In this document: one piece after another, positions 28,712 through 39,721 of the stretch
How positions within the stretch are numbered: the stretch's first letter is position 1
Layout of the letters: each line of letters begins with the position of its first letter
Source of the DNA: Abditibacteriaceae bacterium
GTDB lineage: Bacteria > Armatimonadota > Abditibacteriia > Abditibacteriales > Abditibacteriaceae
Direction: 5' to 3'
Assembly (NCBI GenBank): GCA_031372065.1
Contig: JANMKN010000207.1
Coordinates: forward strand, 1-59,309
Length of the DNA: 59,309 nucleotides
Notes under the pieces: generated by a model
Told to the model about the DNA's origin: nothing
Database searches by the model: none
The model's input: only the letters and a program-made list of their open reading frames with translations
Made by a program: the position numbers and the translations under genes

Positions 28712-29758
28712 CTAAAAAGTCTTCGCAGGCACACCATTGTTACCCGCACCCACACCTGACTTGAAAAAGTCAGCCTTTTTCATTTGTTCGACAAGTTCAT
28801 CCAGCGGCTCATCGCAAAGGCTGCCAGCCTTTGGGCCAGCAATTGATTTTTCTATTTCAATTAAGCCTTCTGCCAAGCGCTTCAAATGAGTCGGACTGTC
28901 GAAAAAATAATAAAGACTGCCGATTTGCGCCACAACTCCGGTTTCCTCGTTGAAATCGGCGCCACATAACGGGCATTTCTTGTCGGCATTGCCTATTTTG
29001 GCATTGGCAGGCACTGTTTCTCCCACTTCCAATGTCCGCGCCGGGTTAATGTCTATCGCCAGCAGATTATCTACAGCGACGCCTTGCAAAGGGATATTAT
29101 ATTTTGTTGTTAACCCTGTCCGCCATCCATAAACATAAGCTTTGAAAATCTTGCCGTCTCTCACGGCATAGCGCGTGATGGTGCTGACAGGACGTGGCGT
29201 GGGGCCATTAGGTGTTCCCGCGCCAGAAATCGGCGTGTTGGTAATCAAAACGCTGTAATCAAAACAGCCCGCCACACGCGTTTCCAGTTGTGCCAGCACT
29301 TCGGCAGGCAAAATAGCGCGATTTTCGCGTGAAATGGCCCAATCCAACGCGCGTTTTGGATTATTTTTAATTAATTCGCTCAACGCAGTCCGCCGCGTTT
29401 TGGCTAATGTTAGGCCTTCGGCCAACAAAGTGGGCTTCTTATCTTCGGTTGCCAAACGATATTTTTGAATCCATGACCCAAATTCCAGAAAAATCGGGTC
29501 GTTTTTAGCGGCTGTAGCCAGAGTTTCGCTTTCGATGTCCAAAGGCGAAGGCGGTTGAACAATGTGTGGCGCGTTGGGATGCTCGCGCCGATCAATACGT
29601 GGGTCGGTATTCGGATCAAAAGGTGCCTCTTGTGCCTGTAAAACAGACGACAAAAAACCAGCGCATAAAAAACACGCAGCAATACAAACCGCAGAAGGCA
29701 TTTTATGCATTATGCCCCGTCCCCTGGAATTCAAACATTTTTTTGTTGACTGTGGCAT
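28712..29758 (-). CDS. Secreted hypothetical protein, candidate stand-alone pro-region of the downstream peptidase
   Basis: Hydrophobic signal ending LQAQE; co-oriented 85 bp upstream of the peptidase; YHS/TRASH-like KCPLCG...YYFFDS segment. Confidence 0.7.
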   Translation of the reverse strand: MPQSTKKCLNSRGRGIMHKMPSAVCIAACFLCAGFLSSVLQAQEAPFDPNTDPRIDRREHPNAPHIVQPPSPLDIESETLATAAKNDPIFLEFGSWIQKYRLATEDKKPTLLAEGLTLAKTRRTALSELIKNNPKRALDWAISRENRAILPAEVLAQLETRVAGCFDYSVLITNTPISGAGTPNGPTPRPVSTITRYAVRDGKIFKAYVYGWRTGLTTKYNIPLQGVAVDNLLAIDINPARTLEVGETVPANAKIGNADKKCPLCGADFNEETGVVAQIGSLYYFFDSPTHLKRLAEGLIEIEKSIAGPKAGSLCDEPLDELVEQMKKADFFKSGVGAGNNGVPAKTF

Positions 29759-30720
29759 TGCCGAAGCCTCAAAAACATAATTTTTTTACAAATGCGGCGA
29801 AATGAGGGCCATTTTTATTGTCTCTTGAATTTTACCTACAACTAAACCGAAGCGGCTTGCAGTTAGAAAGCAAAAATTTTGGTTCGTTGCAATGAATTTC
29901 GTTGCCGCCATTAATTCTTCGGTTTTTATTTGAAATAGTGGAATTCGCTTTCATAGGCATAGAATGCGAGTTTTTCTTTTCTCAGGTCTTAAACCCTCAA
30001 TAAATGATGGCAGACCACAGGGTTTTCGCTATAATGTGAGGCGCGCAAACGCTGTATTTGTCGCCAGACGCATTTGTTTGGTTTGTTCGTCGTGCTGTTT
30101 CACGCTGTTCTGAGTGGTTTGCCGCATCGTTTGAAAATCCCGTTTCCTTTGCAATGCGCCAGATTCACCTCTGGCAAAACTGGTTGTAAACCGTATTTTG
30201 TTCAGGTAAAAATTTACCCCCTTGAGCATATGCGGAATGTGAAATTTGTGTCAATAATCACAGCCGGTTTGATTTAATTGATTTCAGGAAGCTGTGGTTT
30301 GTTCCCTAACAATTGCAATAAAAATTCCGGCATGGAACAAAAAAAACCTTTTTCTCATCAAAACGTGTTCTTGGCAACTCCGGTTGATGTTGAAACTGGG
30401 TTTGCACAAGCTCAAGTCTGCCTTGCAGATTTGCAGAATGGGCGTAAAGAAGTGCGGAGAAGTGTGAAGTTGACAAAAAAGAACGCGACAGGTCATTTAT
30501 CAAGGGGTCTAAATTCCCTTGCCGTTATTGTTAGGCAACAAACACACGACTATATACACGAACTCGCCTTGCGAATCGTGTCCGTCGTTGAAAAAACGCT
30601 ACAAAAACTTTTTGTTTTTCATAAAATTTGTGTGACTGCTCGAAGCCGCCACGCTATGCTTGTAAGACTTGAAACAGTCAGATTTGCAAGTCTTGGCGGT
30701 CTCGACAAGGAGAATTGTTG

Positions 30721-33700
30721 ATGCACTCTTTTAATCAGTGGAAGCCGGAATCGGTGACCGGCGCGCAAAACGGGATGCGCAAGACCAACCAAGCAAAACA
30801 CTTGGTTGCTTTCGTGTTTTCGCGCTTTTTTGTTGTTTTGGCCGTTATGGGGTTGGCTGGACTGCTCACGCAGGGACGCGCCTTCGCGCAGGCGGCAAGC
30901 GTGACTTTGACGCTATCCACCAATACTTTTATTGAAGGCGATCCCAACATTGTAACGGGAACCGTGGCGTTAAACGGCCCAGCTTTGACAGGCCCGGCGA
31001 CGGTCAACATTTTTTACCAGATGCCTGCACCGGGTGGCCCCCAAGCACTGGTGGATAGTGTCGTTTTTAACCCCGGCGAAGAAAATACGGCCAAAACTAT
31101 TAACATTACTGTGGGCGATGACAACACCACAGGCAATCAGACTGTGGAAATCATTGCCACTGTCAGCGGGCCTGCGCCTTATGGTGGCCTAACGGCTAAT
31201 GCACCCGGCACGCAAACGCAAGTTGATCCGCACGGCGTTTTTCTGACCGAAGTGGCGGCCAACACCAGCGAATCCGATCCGGTGACTGGTTCACGCACAT
31301 TTTTGGACGTGTCACTGGTTGATCCCAATAATCCCTCGGCGAATCTGGCCGAGATTATGCCGACAGGCAATGTATTCGTCACTCTTATCGTGGCTAACAC
31401 GAACAATACAGAGTTTTCGGATGAGGCGCTGATTGCCACAGATAAGCAGCCAACATTCCAAAGGCGCCAAGTTCTGACTTTCACCCCACAAAACTTCCAA
31501 CAACCGCAGCGCGTTTATGTGCAGGGCGTGGATGACGAAAATTTACCGCCCGCTCAACGGATGGATGGCGATCAACTTTACCGTGTCATTGTGTTAGATC
31601 GAGACCTTAACACGGGTAACCTTGCTGGTCAGCCTGTCAATTCCAGTGATCCTGAATACAGTGGTATAGCAGCCAACACTGCTGTTTTTAATGTCAATCT
31701 TGATAACGAATCGAACACAGGCGGTAATCGGGCCGATGTGCTGATTAATTCGACTGATGGTGTGAATCCCGGCCCGACGAGTGGCTTGCAAACTAACGAA
31801 AGTGGTTCAATTGCTACGTTTACCGTAGTGCTGGCTTCAGCACCGACGGCGGATGTCACTATCAACCTGCAAACAAGTGATCCCACTGAAGGCAAACTCT
31901 TGGTGGGCGGGGCGCAAGTGGATTCTACTTCGATTACGTTTTCGCCTGATCCCACTGACCCCAACGGCTGGAACACTCCGCAAACCGTTCAAGTCAAGGG
32001 GCAAGATGATACTGTGGCAGATGGCAACATTAACTACAGCATCATCACCACGGTCAGCAGTCTTGACTCCAACTATGCTGCCATTGACCCGTCGAATGTC
32101 GGTTTAACCAACAATGATAATGAAGTGCCGGGTTTGACAGTTTCGCCCACGTTTTTATTGGTTTACGAAGGTCAATCGGCGAATATCACTGCGGTATTGA
32201 ATCAACGACCAACCTCTGACGTGCGCTTCGCCTTGGCCGTTACTGCGGGCGCTGGACAAGTCCAGCTGAATCGCACCGAAGTGGTCTTTACTCCATCCAA
32301 CTTCAATGTGCCGCAAACCGTAACGGTGACAGGCATTAATGACAATATCGTGGATGGCGACCAGCCTTTTACAATCGCTTTCCGCAATGCCACCAGTTCC
32401 GATACGCTTTACAATGGTAGGTTCGGCACCACTGTGACTGGCACAGTGGTAGATACCAACGCAGCGCGTGTAAACATTCAGCCACCGGGTGGTTTGACTA
32501 CTGATGAGTCTGGTGGGCAGACGACTTTCTCGGTCAGTCTTGCTTCGATGCCACAAGCGGGCACGACAGTCACCATCATTGTTAGTTCCTCGGATACTAC
32601 CGAAGGCACTGTTTCACCTGCGCGCTTGACCTTCACTCCAGCCAACTGGAATGTGTCTCAGACTGTGACGATTACCGGCGTGGATGATTTGCTGCGTGAT
32701 GGAAATGTGGATTATCAGATTAATCTGGATATATCCGGCAGTTCCGATTCGAACTTTGCCGCTTTGCAATTGCAATCAGTCACCGTTACCAACAACGATG
32801 CTGGTGAAACATCAGGCATTACCTTCTCGCAGCTTGGTGGCCTGACTACCACAGAGTCGGGCGGCACAGCGACGTTTACCGTTCAGTTGACCGCCCAACC
32901 GACAGCCAACGTGAATTTGGGGTTGAGCAGCAGCGATACCACAGAAGGTAAAGTTTCGCCAGCCAGCCTCACCTTTACGCCGACGAACTTCAATACGCCT
33001 CAAACGGTAACCATCACCGGCCAACCAGACCTAATTGACGATGGTGACATGGTTTACCAAATCGTGACAGCTGCTTTGGTCACGAACGATCCGACTTATA
33101 AGTTCAACCCGTCGGACGTGCTGGTGACCAATTTGGACGACGACACACGCGGTATTACCGTTACGCCCACCACGGGATTGGTTACCACCGAAAGCGGTGG
33201 CACAGCAACTTTCACGGTGCAGTTGACGTCGCAGCCCACAGACACTGTTACCATTGGTATCAGCACTCCATTTGCCAAGGAAATTTCACTGTCGCCGGCG
33301 TCCTTAACTTTCAACGCAACCAATTGGAACGTGCCTCAAACTGTGACAGTTACTGGCTTAAATGACATTGTCATTGATGGCCCCCGCACTTTTGTCGTTG
33401 TGACGGCCCCAGCGACCAGCAATGATGCGGTTTATAATGGCTTGGATGCGGCTGATGTAGTGGGCACCAATAATGACAACGATAGAGCGACTGTTTTCCT
33501 CAGTCCAGACCCACTAATCGTCCGTGAAGGACAATCGGGCAATGTCTCGGTGACCTTATCCGCTCAACCCACGGCAGACGTGATTGTGCCGCTGTTTGTC
33601 AATCCCACTGGCGAAGTTGTGCTTAATCAAAGCCAATTGACTTTCACGCCGCAAAACTTCAATGTCCCGCAGAAAGTGCGCGTCACCAGCTTGGCAGACG

Positions 33701-36700
33701 GCATTCCTGATGGCGATCAAAACGTGGTGTTGCAGGCCGGCAGAACGGGTAATGCGACCATCAGCGGCGATGCCAATTTCAATGGTTTGACTGCGACAAG
33801 TGCCATCACTAGTTTGGATGTAGTCGCAGTTGCCAAAGTCAACATTAGTGCCCCCAGCACGACTATCGTCAGTGAAAATGGGGCTGCGGCCACCATGACA
33901 GTCACACTGGGTGCTCAACCTGCCTCGAATGTGACGATTAATGTTTCCAGCAGCGATACCACTGAAGGCACTGTCGCGCCCGCATCGCTGACATTCACAC
34001 CTGCGAATTTCAGCACACCGCAAACTGTGACGGTGCGTGGCGTCAATGACAATGTTGCGGATGGAAATATCAACTTCAAAGTCACTTTTGGTGTTCCGGT
34101 TAGTTCCGATCCCAATTACAGCGGATTGACACCGCAGAGCTTCACATTCACGAATGTAGATAATGATGCGGCAGGCTTTATTGTTACGCCGTTCAATGGT
34201 CTGACCACCACAGAAGCGGGCGGCACCGCGACTTTTACGGTGCGATTGGCATCGCAGCCGACGGCCAGTGTCACCACGACGTTAAGCACGCCTTTCACGG
34301 GAGAAATTTCCTTCGCTCCCCCCAGCCTGACTTTCTCAACAACCAATTGGAACGTGCCGCAAACCGTAACAGTGACAGGCAAGGATGACGCAGTCATTGA
34401 TGGCAACCGCACTTGGGTGCTGGTGACGAATCCGGGAACCAGCAGCGATCCGAAATACAATGGTCTGAACCCTTCAGATGTAGTGGGCGCCAACACCGAC
34501 AACGACAAGGAAAGCATTATTATTAGCCCGTCTTCGCAACTTGTGCGCGAAGGCCAATCAATAACGTTTTCTATCAGATTGCTGGGCACACCGAATTCTA
34601 ATGTAGTTGTGCCTCTCTCTGTGAACCCAACTGGCGAAGTGGTATTGGACAAGAACCAGATAGCCTTCACACCAGCCAATGCTAATGTGGCGCAGACTGT
34701 GAAAGTCACCAGCTTGGCCGATGGCGTTCCGGATGGCAACATAACTGTTATTCTGACTGCCGGCTCTTCTGTTAGCCCAGATGCTAAATTCGACGGACTT
34801 TCCGCGACAGCCACTATCACCAGCTTGGATGTTGTGGCTGCGCCGGCAGTTAATATCGTTGGCCCCACCACGACAGCAGTCAATGAAAGCGGAACCACGG
34901 CGACTTTTGATGTAACGCTCAATGCCCAGCCGGGCGCCAATGTGACGATTAATCTTTCGAGCAGCGACATTACCGAAGGCACTGTGTCACCCGCCTCACT
35001 GACCTTTACGCCCGCTAACTTCAACGCGGTGCAGACTGTGACTGTAACTGGCGTGAATGATTTTGATGATGATGGAAACGTCAACTTCAAAGTTAATCTC
35101 TCGAAGCCAGTTAGCAACGATCCCAACTATAGCGCACTTGCGGCGCGTAGTTTTACCTTTGTCAATGTGGATGATGACACAGCGGGCATCACCGTGACGC
35201 CGTTTAAGGGCTTGACCACCAATGAAAGTGGTTTGGCAGCCACCTTCACCGTGGTATTGAATTCAAGGCCCAAAGCCAATGTTGCGATTGCCTTAAGCAC
35301 ACCATTCACTAAAGAAATTTCATTCTCGCCCACGAATTTGGTCTTTACCAACGCGAATTGGAACGTGCCGCAAACTGTGACGGTAACGGGTGTGGATGAT
35401 GCCGTCGAAGATGGTGACCGCACTTGGGTATTGGTGACGAACCCAGCGACCAGTGGTGATGCGCAATACAATGGTTTGAATCCCTCCGATGTAGTAGGCA
35501 CCAACAGGGACAATGAAGCACCGGGTTACACCATTACTCCTGGATTTGTGGTTGTGGAAGAAGGTAATACCACCACTTTTACGCTGCGATTGAATTTGAA
35601 ACCGACTGATGTTGTGCGGGTTCCTGTTAGCGTGAACCGGATTCCAGGTCAGCCCGATCAAGTGGGCCTCAACACGACGGCTGTTATCTTTACGCCCACT
35701 AATTTCAGCACACCGCAAACTGTGACCGTGGTAGGCATAGACGATAACATTCGTGACGGCGATCAGCCGTTCCGCATCAATATCGGAAACGCCATTAGCT
35801 CTGATCCAGCTTATAACGGTCAGCACGCTACCACGTTGAACGGCACTTGCGTGGATACCGATGTTCCGGGTGTGCTTGTTAGAGCCGCCTCGCCTTTCAT
35901 CACCAGAGAAGTGGGCGGCTCGGCGACCTTCACTGTGGTGTTGCAAACTTCGCCGCAACCGGGTAATACGGTAACGATCAATGTCGGGACTACCGATTCA
36001 ACTGAAGTTACGGTAGCACCGACTACATTGACTTTCGATTCTAACAACTTCGATATTCCGCAAACGGTGACCGTGAACGGAATAGATGACGGTCTGCGCG
36101 ATGGCGATCAGAATTATCAAATCACATTGCGCATGGCTCAGACTTCCGACCCAGATTATGTGAGTCTGCGAATTCCGTCCATCAATGCAGTCAATATTGA
36201 TAACGGCGGTGCAGGTATCGTTATTACTCCAGCGACTGGATTGACGACTTCGGAAGATGGCACCACGGCTACCTTCGGCGTGCGTTTGATTAATTCGCCC
36301 AATAGCCCCGTTTCTGTGCAGTTGCGTTCAAGTGATCTCAGCGAGGGTATCTTGTTAGGTGCCAATGCGCAGCCAGCTGTCAATAACTCTGTGACATTGA
36401 CGTTCGACAACACCAACTTCAATGTAGATCAGTCCGTGACTGTGCAAGGCGTGGATGATACTATCGTCGATGGCGATGTCAGTTACTCCATCACCTCACG
36501 CTTGTCCAGTAATGATCCAAACTTCAACTTGACTGGGGCTTCGGCTTTGATTGTCAACACGGATAACGATACGGCGGGCATTGTAGTTAATCCGACAACG
36601 GGCTTCGTGTTAGCCGAAGGTGGCAGGGGCAACTTTACTGTTGCGTTGACCACCCAGCCCACTGGCAAGGTTGTGGTGCGTTTGCAAAGCACTGATACCA

Positions 36701-38757
36701 CCGAGGCTACAGTCAATTATTCAGCGATCACGTTCTTCCCCACCGCGCCCGTCGGAACTGCTCCGGTGGGTGAATTCTTCACGCAATGGAATCGTCCGGC
36801 AACGGTGACAATTTCCGCTGTGGCCGATGGTGTGAGCGATGGAGATCAGAGTTGGAAGATTATCCTTTCTCGCGATGCCGGCGTTACACAGGACGATTTC
36901 TATAAGACCATTGATCCGGCTGATGTGACAGGCATCACGACGGATGTGAATTTGCCAGGCGTTACCGTGACAGGTGCGACATCCATCACCACCAGCGAAA
37001 GCGATACGAAGAACAACGCATTCACTTCGTTTAAAGTTAGCTTGCAATCAAAGCCAGCCGACAATGTGGTGATTCCGGTGAGCAGTTCTAACCGCGCCGA
37101 AGCTGTTGTGGGTGTGCCAAGCAGCTCGGTATTCACACCGGGCGCCAGCTTGACCTTTACCCCAGCCAACTGGAACGTGCCGCAAACAGTAAAAGTGCGT
37201 GGCGTGGATGATGCTATTGAAGATGGCAACCAAGCGTATTTTGTGGTTATTGGCCCGACCATTAGCCGCAGTTCCTTCTACAATGGAATTGATCCTGCCG
37301 ACATCGTGGGGTTGAACCAAGATGACGAAGACCTGACAGCACCGACGGTGACCATTACGGCGCCAACGGATGGGGCTGTGCTGAACTTCTTGCAAGAAGT
37401 GATTGGCACCGCCGATGATGCTGTAAGCAGCGGCAATGGACAGGCCAGTGGTATTGCATCAGTGAAAGTTAGCTTATTGCGTCAGGCTAACGCAGCGCTG
37501 AAACAGAGTGCGGGTTATTATAATCCGGCCACAAAGTCCTACGATCCCGTAGCACTCTTCAATCCGGCCAAGCATCTTATGTTGGCGCGCTATAACTCGG
37601 CCACTAAAACGTTCTCGCTGCTCCTTCCGCTGACAGGAACACCGCCCAGTCTCGAATCGGGCACTTATACCCTGAAGGCCAGAGCAACCGATAACAAAGG
37701 CAACTTAACCGATAGCGAAACAGTAACGTTCGTTATTGATACGAAGGTGCCTACCGTAACTTTGACCTCACCGAAACCCGGCACCTTCTCGGCGCCGCCT
37801 CAGGTGAAAGGTGTGGCGCAGGATAATGCGGGTGGCACTGGCATTGACCAGACATTCGTGAAAGTCTTCCGCGCCGCCAACACCGCTTTGGGGAACACAG
37901 CTGGTTATTTACTGCCCGATGGAAGTTTTAGTGACACCTTTGGCCCAGAAAATCTCCTGCCTGTGGTGCCTGAATTGCCGGACGCCGCTGGCGCGGTGAA
38001 CTTTACGTTCGACTTCCCGGCTCTTGGCGCGGGCCAGTATACCGTGCAAGCGCAAACACAGGATGTAGCTGGCAACATCGGCAAATCCAGCAATGTAACC
38101 TTTACGTTGCGCAATGTGTCCGGTGTTGACGACTTCTTGATCGGTCAGACTTACTTGTTCTCGTTGCCTTATTCAAACAACAATACGGCAGGAGCGACCG
38201 TGAAGCCTGACGAGGCATTCAATGTGGCAATGTTCGATCCGACAAATGGTGACCAACGTTATTTGCTCAGTCGCTTTAATCCGCTCACGTCAAGTTACGA
38301 GATTTTGGACCAAACGGCTTTGCTGAAGCGTGGCGAGGGTTATGTGATTAAGCCATTGTCGTCTAATGTGCGGATTTTGCGGCCAACGGAAGATGATTCA
38401 CGAATTCCGCTGGCGCAAAGCATCACGACTTGGACGTATACGCTGCGTCGCAACGCCAGCGGCAGTAGCAATGATCCGAACAATGGCTTTAATCTGATTG
38501 GCGATCCGTTCCATCCAGACTTCTATCTGGCCGCTGACTGGCAGAATGCTGTCTTTACCGATGGCACCAACACTTATAACGGTGTTGCCGCCGCCGCTGC
38601 GGCTGGCTTGGTGGATAGCCGACTATTTACGTTGAACTCCTCCACGGGAGCGTTTGAGCCACTGAATGGTAACTTGGAAGTGTTCAAGGGTTACTTTGTG
38701 CGCACCTTCCAAGACAATGTGCAAGTCACTGTGCGCGCGATTTCGACGCAGCAATAG
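30721..38757 (+). CDS. Giant surface protein/adhesin (about 2680 aa) with 17 Calx-beta/cadherin-like repeats, two Ig domains and a conserved C-terminal domain
   Basis: RBS AAGGAG; signal ending AFAQA; repeated TTESGGTATFTVxL..QPT...SSDTTEG..SLTFT..NWNVPQTVTVTGVDD...DGD...NxDND. Confidence 0.9.
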   Translation: MHSFNQWKPESVTGAQNGMRKTNQAKHLVAFVFSRFFVVLAVMGLAGLLTQGRAFAQAASVTLTLSTNTFIEGDPNIVTGTVALNGPALTGPATVNIFYQMPAPGGPQALVDSVVFNPGEENTAKTINITVGDDNTTGNQTVEIIATVSGPAPYGGLTANAPGTQTQVDPHGVFLTEVAANTSESDPVTGSRTFLDVSLVDPNNPSANLAEIMPTGNVFVTLIVANTNNTEFSDEALIATDKQPTFQRRQVLTFTPQNFQQPQRVYVQGVDDENLPPAQRMDGDQLYRVIVLDRDLNTGNLAGQPVNSSDPEYSGIAANTAVFNVNLDNESNTGGNRADVLINSTDGVNPGPTSGLQTNESGSIATFTVVLASAPTADVTINLQTSDPTEGKLLVGGAQVDSTSITFSPDPTDPNGWNTPQTVQVKGQDDTVADGNINYSIITTVSSLDSNYAAIDPSNVGLTNNDNEVPGLTVSPTFLLVYEGQSANITAVLNQRPTSDVRFALAVTAGAGQVQLNRTEVVFTPSNFNVPQTVTVTGINDNIVDGDQPFTIAFRNATSSDTLYNGRFGTTVTGTVVDTNAARVNIQPPGGLTTDESGGQTTFSVSLASMPQAGTTVTIIVSSSDTTEGTVSPARLTFTPANWNVSQTVTITGVDDLLRDGNVDYQINLDISGSSDSNFAALQLQSVTVTNNDAGETSGITFSQLGGLTTTESGGTATFTVQLTAQPTANVNLGLSSSDTTEGKVSPASLTFTPTNFNTPQTVTITGQPDLIDDGDMVYQIVTAALVTNDPTYKFNPSDVLVTNLDDDTRGITVTPTTGLVTTESGGTATFTVQLTSQPTDTVTIGISTPFAKEISLSPASLTFNATNWNVPQTVTVTGLNDIVIDGPRTFVVVTAPATSNDAVYNGLDAADVVGTNNDNDRATVFLSPDPLIVREGQSGNVSVTLSAQPTADVIVPLFVNPTGEVVLNQSQLTFTPQNFNVPQKVRVTSLADGIPDGDQNVVLQAGRTGNATISGDANFNGLTATSAITSLDVVAVAKVNISAPSTTIVSENGAAATMTVTLGAQPASNVTINVSSSDTTEGTVAPASLTFTPANFSTPQTVTVRGVNDNVADGNINFKVTFGVPVSSDPNYSGLTPQSFTFTNVDNDAAGFIVTPFNGLTTTEAGGTATFTVRLASQPTASVTTTLSTPFTGEISFAPPSLTFSTTNWNVPQTVTVTGKDDAVIDGNRTWVLVTNPGTSSDPKYNGLNPSDVVGANTDNDKESIIISPSSQLVREGQSITFSIRLLGTPNSNVVVPLSVNPTGEVVLDKNQIAFTPANANVAQTVKVTSLADGVPDGNITVILTAGSSVSPDAKFDGLSATATITSLDVVAAPAVNIVGPTTTAVNESGTTATFDVTLNAQPGANVTINLSSSDITEGTVSPASLTFTPANFNAVQTVTVTGVNDFDDDGNVNFKVNLSKPVSNDPNYSALAARSFTFVNVDDDTAGITVTPFKGLTTNESGLAATFTVVLNSRPKANVAIALSTPFTKEISFSPTNLVFTNANWNVPQTVTVTGVDDAVEDGDRTWVLVTNPATSGDAQYNGLNPSDVVGTNRDNEAPGYTITPGFVVVEEGNTTTFTLRLNLKPTDVVRVPVSVNRIPGQPDQVGLNTTAVIFTPTNFSTPQTVTVVGIDDNIRDGDQPFRINIGNAISSDPAYNGQHATTLNGTCVDTDVPGVLVRAASPFITREVGGSATFTVVLQTSPQPGNTVTINVGTTDSTEVTVAPTTLTFDSNNFDIPQTVTVNGIDDGLRDGDQNYQITLRMAQTSDPDYVSLRIPSINAVNIDNGGAGIVITPATGLTTSEDGTTATFGVRLINSPNSPVSVQLRSSDLSEGILLGANAQPAVNNSVTLTFDNTNFNVDQSVTVQGVDDTIVDGDVSYSITSRLSSNDPNFNLTGASALIVNTDNDTAGIVVNPTTGFVLAEGGRGNFTVALTTQPTGKVVVRLQSTDTTEATVNYSAITFFPTAPVGTAPVGEFFTQWNRPATVTISAVADGVSDGDQSWKIILSRDAGVTQDDFYKTIDPADVTGITTDVNLPGVTVTGATSITTSESDTKNNAFTSFKVSLQSKPADNVVIPVSSSNRAEAVVGVPSSSVFTPGASLTFTPANWNVPQTVKVRGVDDAIEDGNQAYFVVIGPTISRSSFYNGIDPADIVGLNQDDEDLTAPTVTITAPTDGAVLNFLQEVIGTADDAVSSGNGQASGIASVKVSLLRQANAALKQSAGYYNPATKSYDPVALFNPAKHLMLARYNSATKTFSLLLPLTGTPPSLESGTYTLKARATDNKGNLTDSETVTFVIDTKVPTVTLTSPKPGTFSAPPQVKGVAQDNAGGTGIDQTFVKVFRAANTALGNTAGYLLPDGSFSDTFGPENLLPVVPELPDAAGAVNFTFDFPALGAGQYTVQAQTQDVAGNIGKSSNVTFTLRNVSGVDDFLIGQTYLFSLPYSNNNTAGATVKPDEAFNVAMFDPTNGDQRYLLSRFNPLTSSYEILDQTALLKRGEGYVIKPLSSNVRILRPTEDDSRIPLAQSITTWTYTLRRNASGSSNDPNNGFNLIGDPFHPDFYLAADWQNAVFTDGTNTYNGVAAAAAAGLVDSRLFTLNSSTGAFEPLNGNLEVFKGYFVRTFQDNVQVTVRAISTQQ

Positions 38758-38781
38758 CACTCTAATGTAGAGGGTTCGCTA

Positions 38782-38832
38782 AGGGGGCAGCCGCCAACAA
38801 CTATCAAATAGTGGCTGGCGACTGTCCCCTTC
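38782..38832 (+). terminator. Imperfect stem-loop after the giant protein gene
   Basis: aagggggcagccgcca...tggcgactgtcccctt. Confidence 0.5.
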
Positions 38833-39024
38833 GGTTGTTGCTCTTTGTGGTTCTTTCTACTGAAATGCAGGTTTTGACAGTAAAATTGACAAAAAAAATG
38901 TTTTTTTGTCATAAATGGCTCTGACAGGGAACCTTGGTAAGGACGCAGGGTCTAAAGGCGAACTTTGTCATAGTTTTTCGGTTCAAGTGGGCGTGCTTGT
39001 CGATTGAACTGGATTGAATCACTG

Positions 39025-39429
39025 ATGAAAACAGGCGTATTACTTTGCGCAACGCTGGGTTTTTGTTTGTTAGGTCTGGGAGGATGTTGGTCAGCGAAGC
39101 CGGGTGTCAAGGAAACTCCGCAGGACTTAAGAGTCAAACCGGCAGTGATAGCGTCCAGTGCCTCTTTGGGAACTGAAATTACTTTGGCGCTATCTGGTGA
39201 ACCGAAACTCAAGGGTAGCAACATCAGCGTTAGTGTTTCTAACCTGAATGGCAGCGTGGCATTAATTGGTAACGTCAAAGGTTCTGCTCAGGAAAAGTTG
39301 GCGTTGCAAATCGCAGAGAGACTGGCAAAGAAGAAAGCGAAGGACGCGAAAGTAGTCAGCCAGTTGAGTATTCAGGCTCCGCTACAATCGGCCAAACCTA
39401 AGAGTAAGACGAAAAGCAAGAGTCCATGA
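39025..39429 (+). CDS. BON-domain lipoprotein
   Basis: Lipobox LGGC; LGTEITLALSGEPKLKGSNISVSV..GSVALIGNV...QEKLALQIA...VVSQLSI; Lys-rich tail. Confidence 0.7.
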   Translation: MKTGVLLCATLGFCLLGLGGCWSAKPGVKETPQDLRVKPAVIASSASLGTEITLALSGEPKLKGSNISVSVSNLNGSVALIGNVKGSAQEKLALQIAERLAKKKAKDAKVVSQLSIQAPLQSAKPKSKTKSKSP

Positions 39430-39721
39430 ATAACATTTCAGACACTATTCGCTAACAAAGGTAAATTACAAACAGGCGTGACGAAGTGCGTAGATTTGTG
39501 AAGTCGGGGACACCTGAGCGTGACGGCGCGTTTATCGAAAAGTCTAAAAGGCAATGAGAAGCGCTGTGCATTTAGTGCATTCAATTCGTCGTTGAGAGAT
39601 TCAGTTTTTTGAACGTTTGTTGTTTGATGCAATGCGCCATGGAGCGCTTAAAAAGGACGCAGAAACGACGCGGGAATAAGGAAGTTTTTATTATTCTCGT
39701 GCGTGGCGGAAGGAAAAAGGC

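Noticed and set aside
30029..30801. Short ORFs in the divergent intergenic region, including 30278-30721 (147 aa)
   Set aside because: AT-rich, no motif, weak TTG starts and mutually overlapping; probably non-coding.
38920..38972. Resemblance to a c-di-GMP-I riboswitch (aggg-aacc...ggacgc...ggtctaa) upstream of the BON gene
   Set aside because: Lacks the GCAAA junction, GNRA-capped P2 and AAAGC P3 entry; too short. An Infernal scan would settle it.
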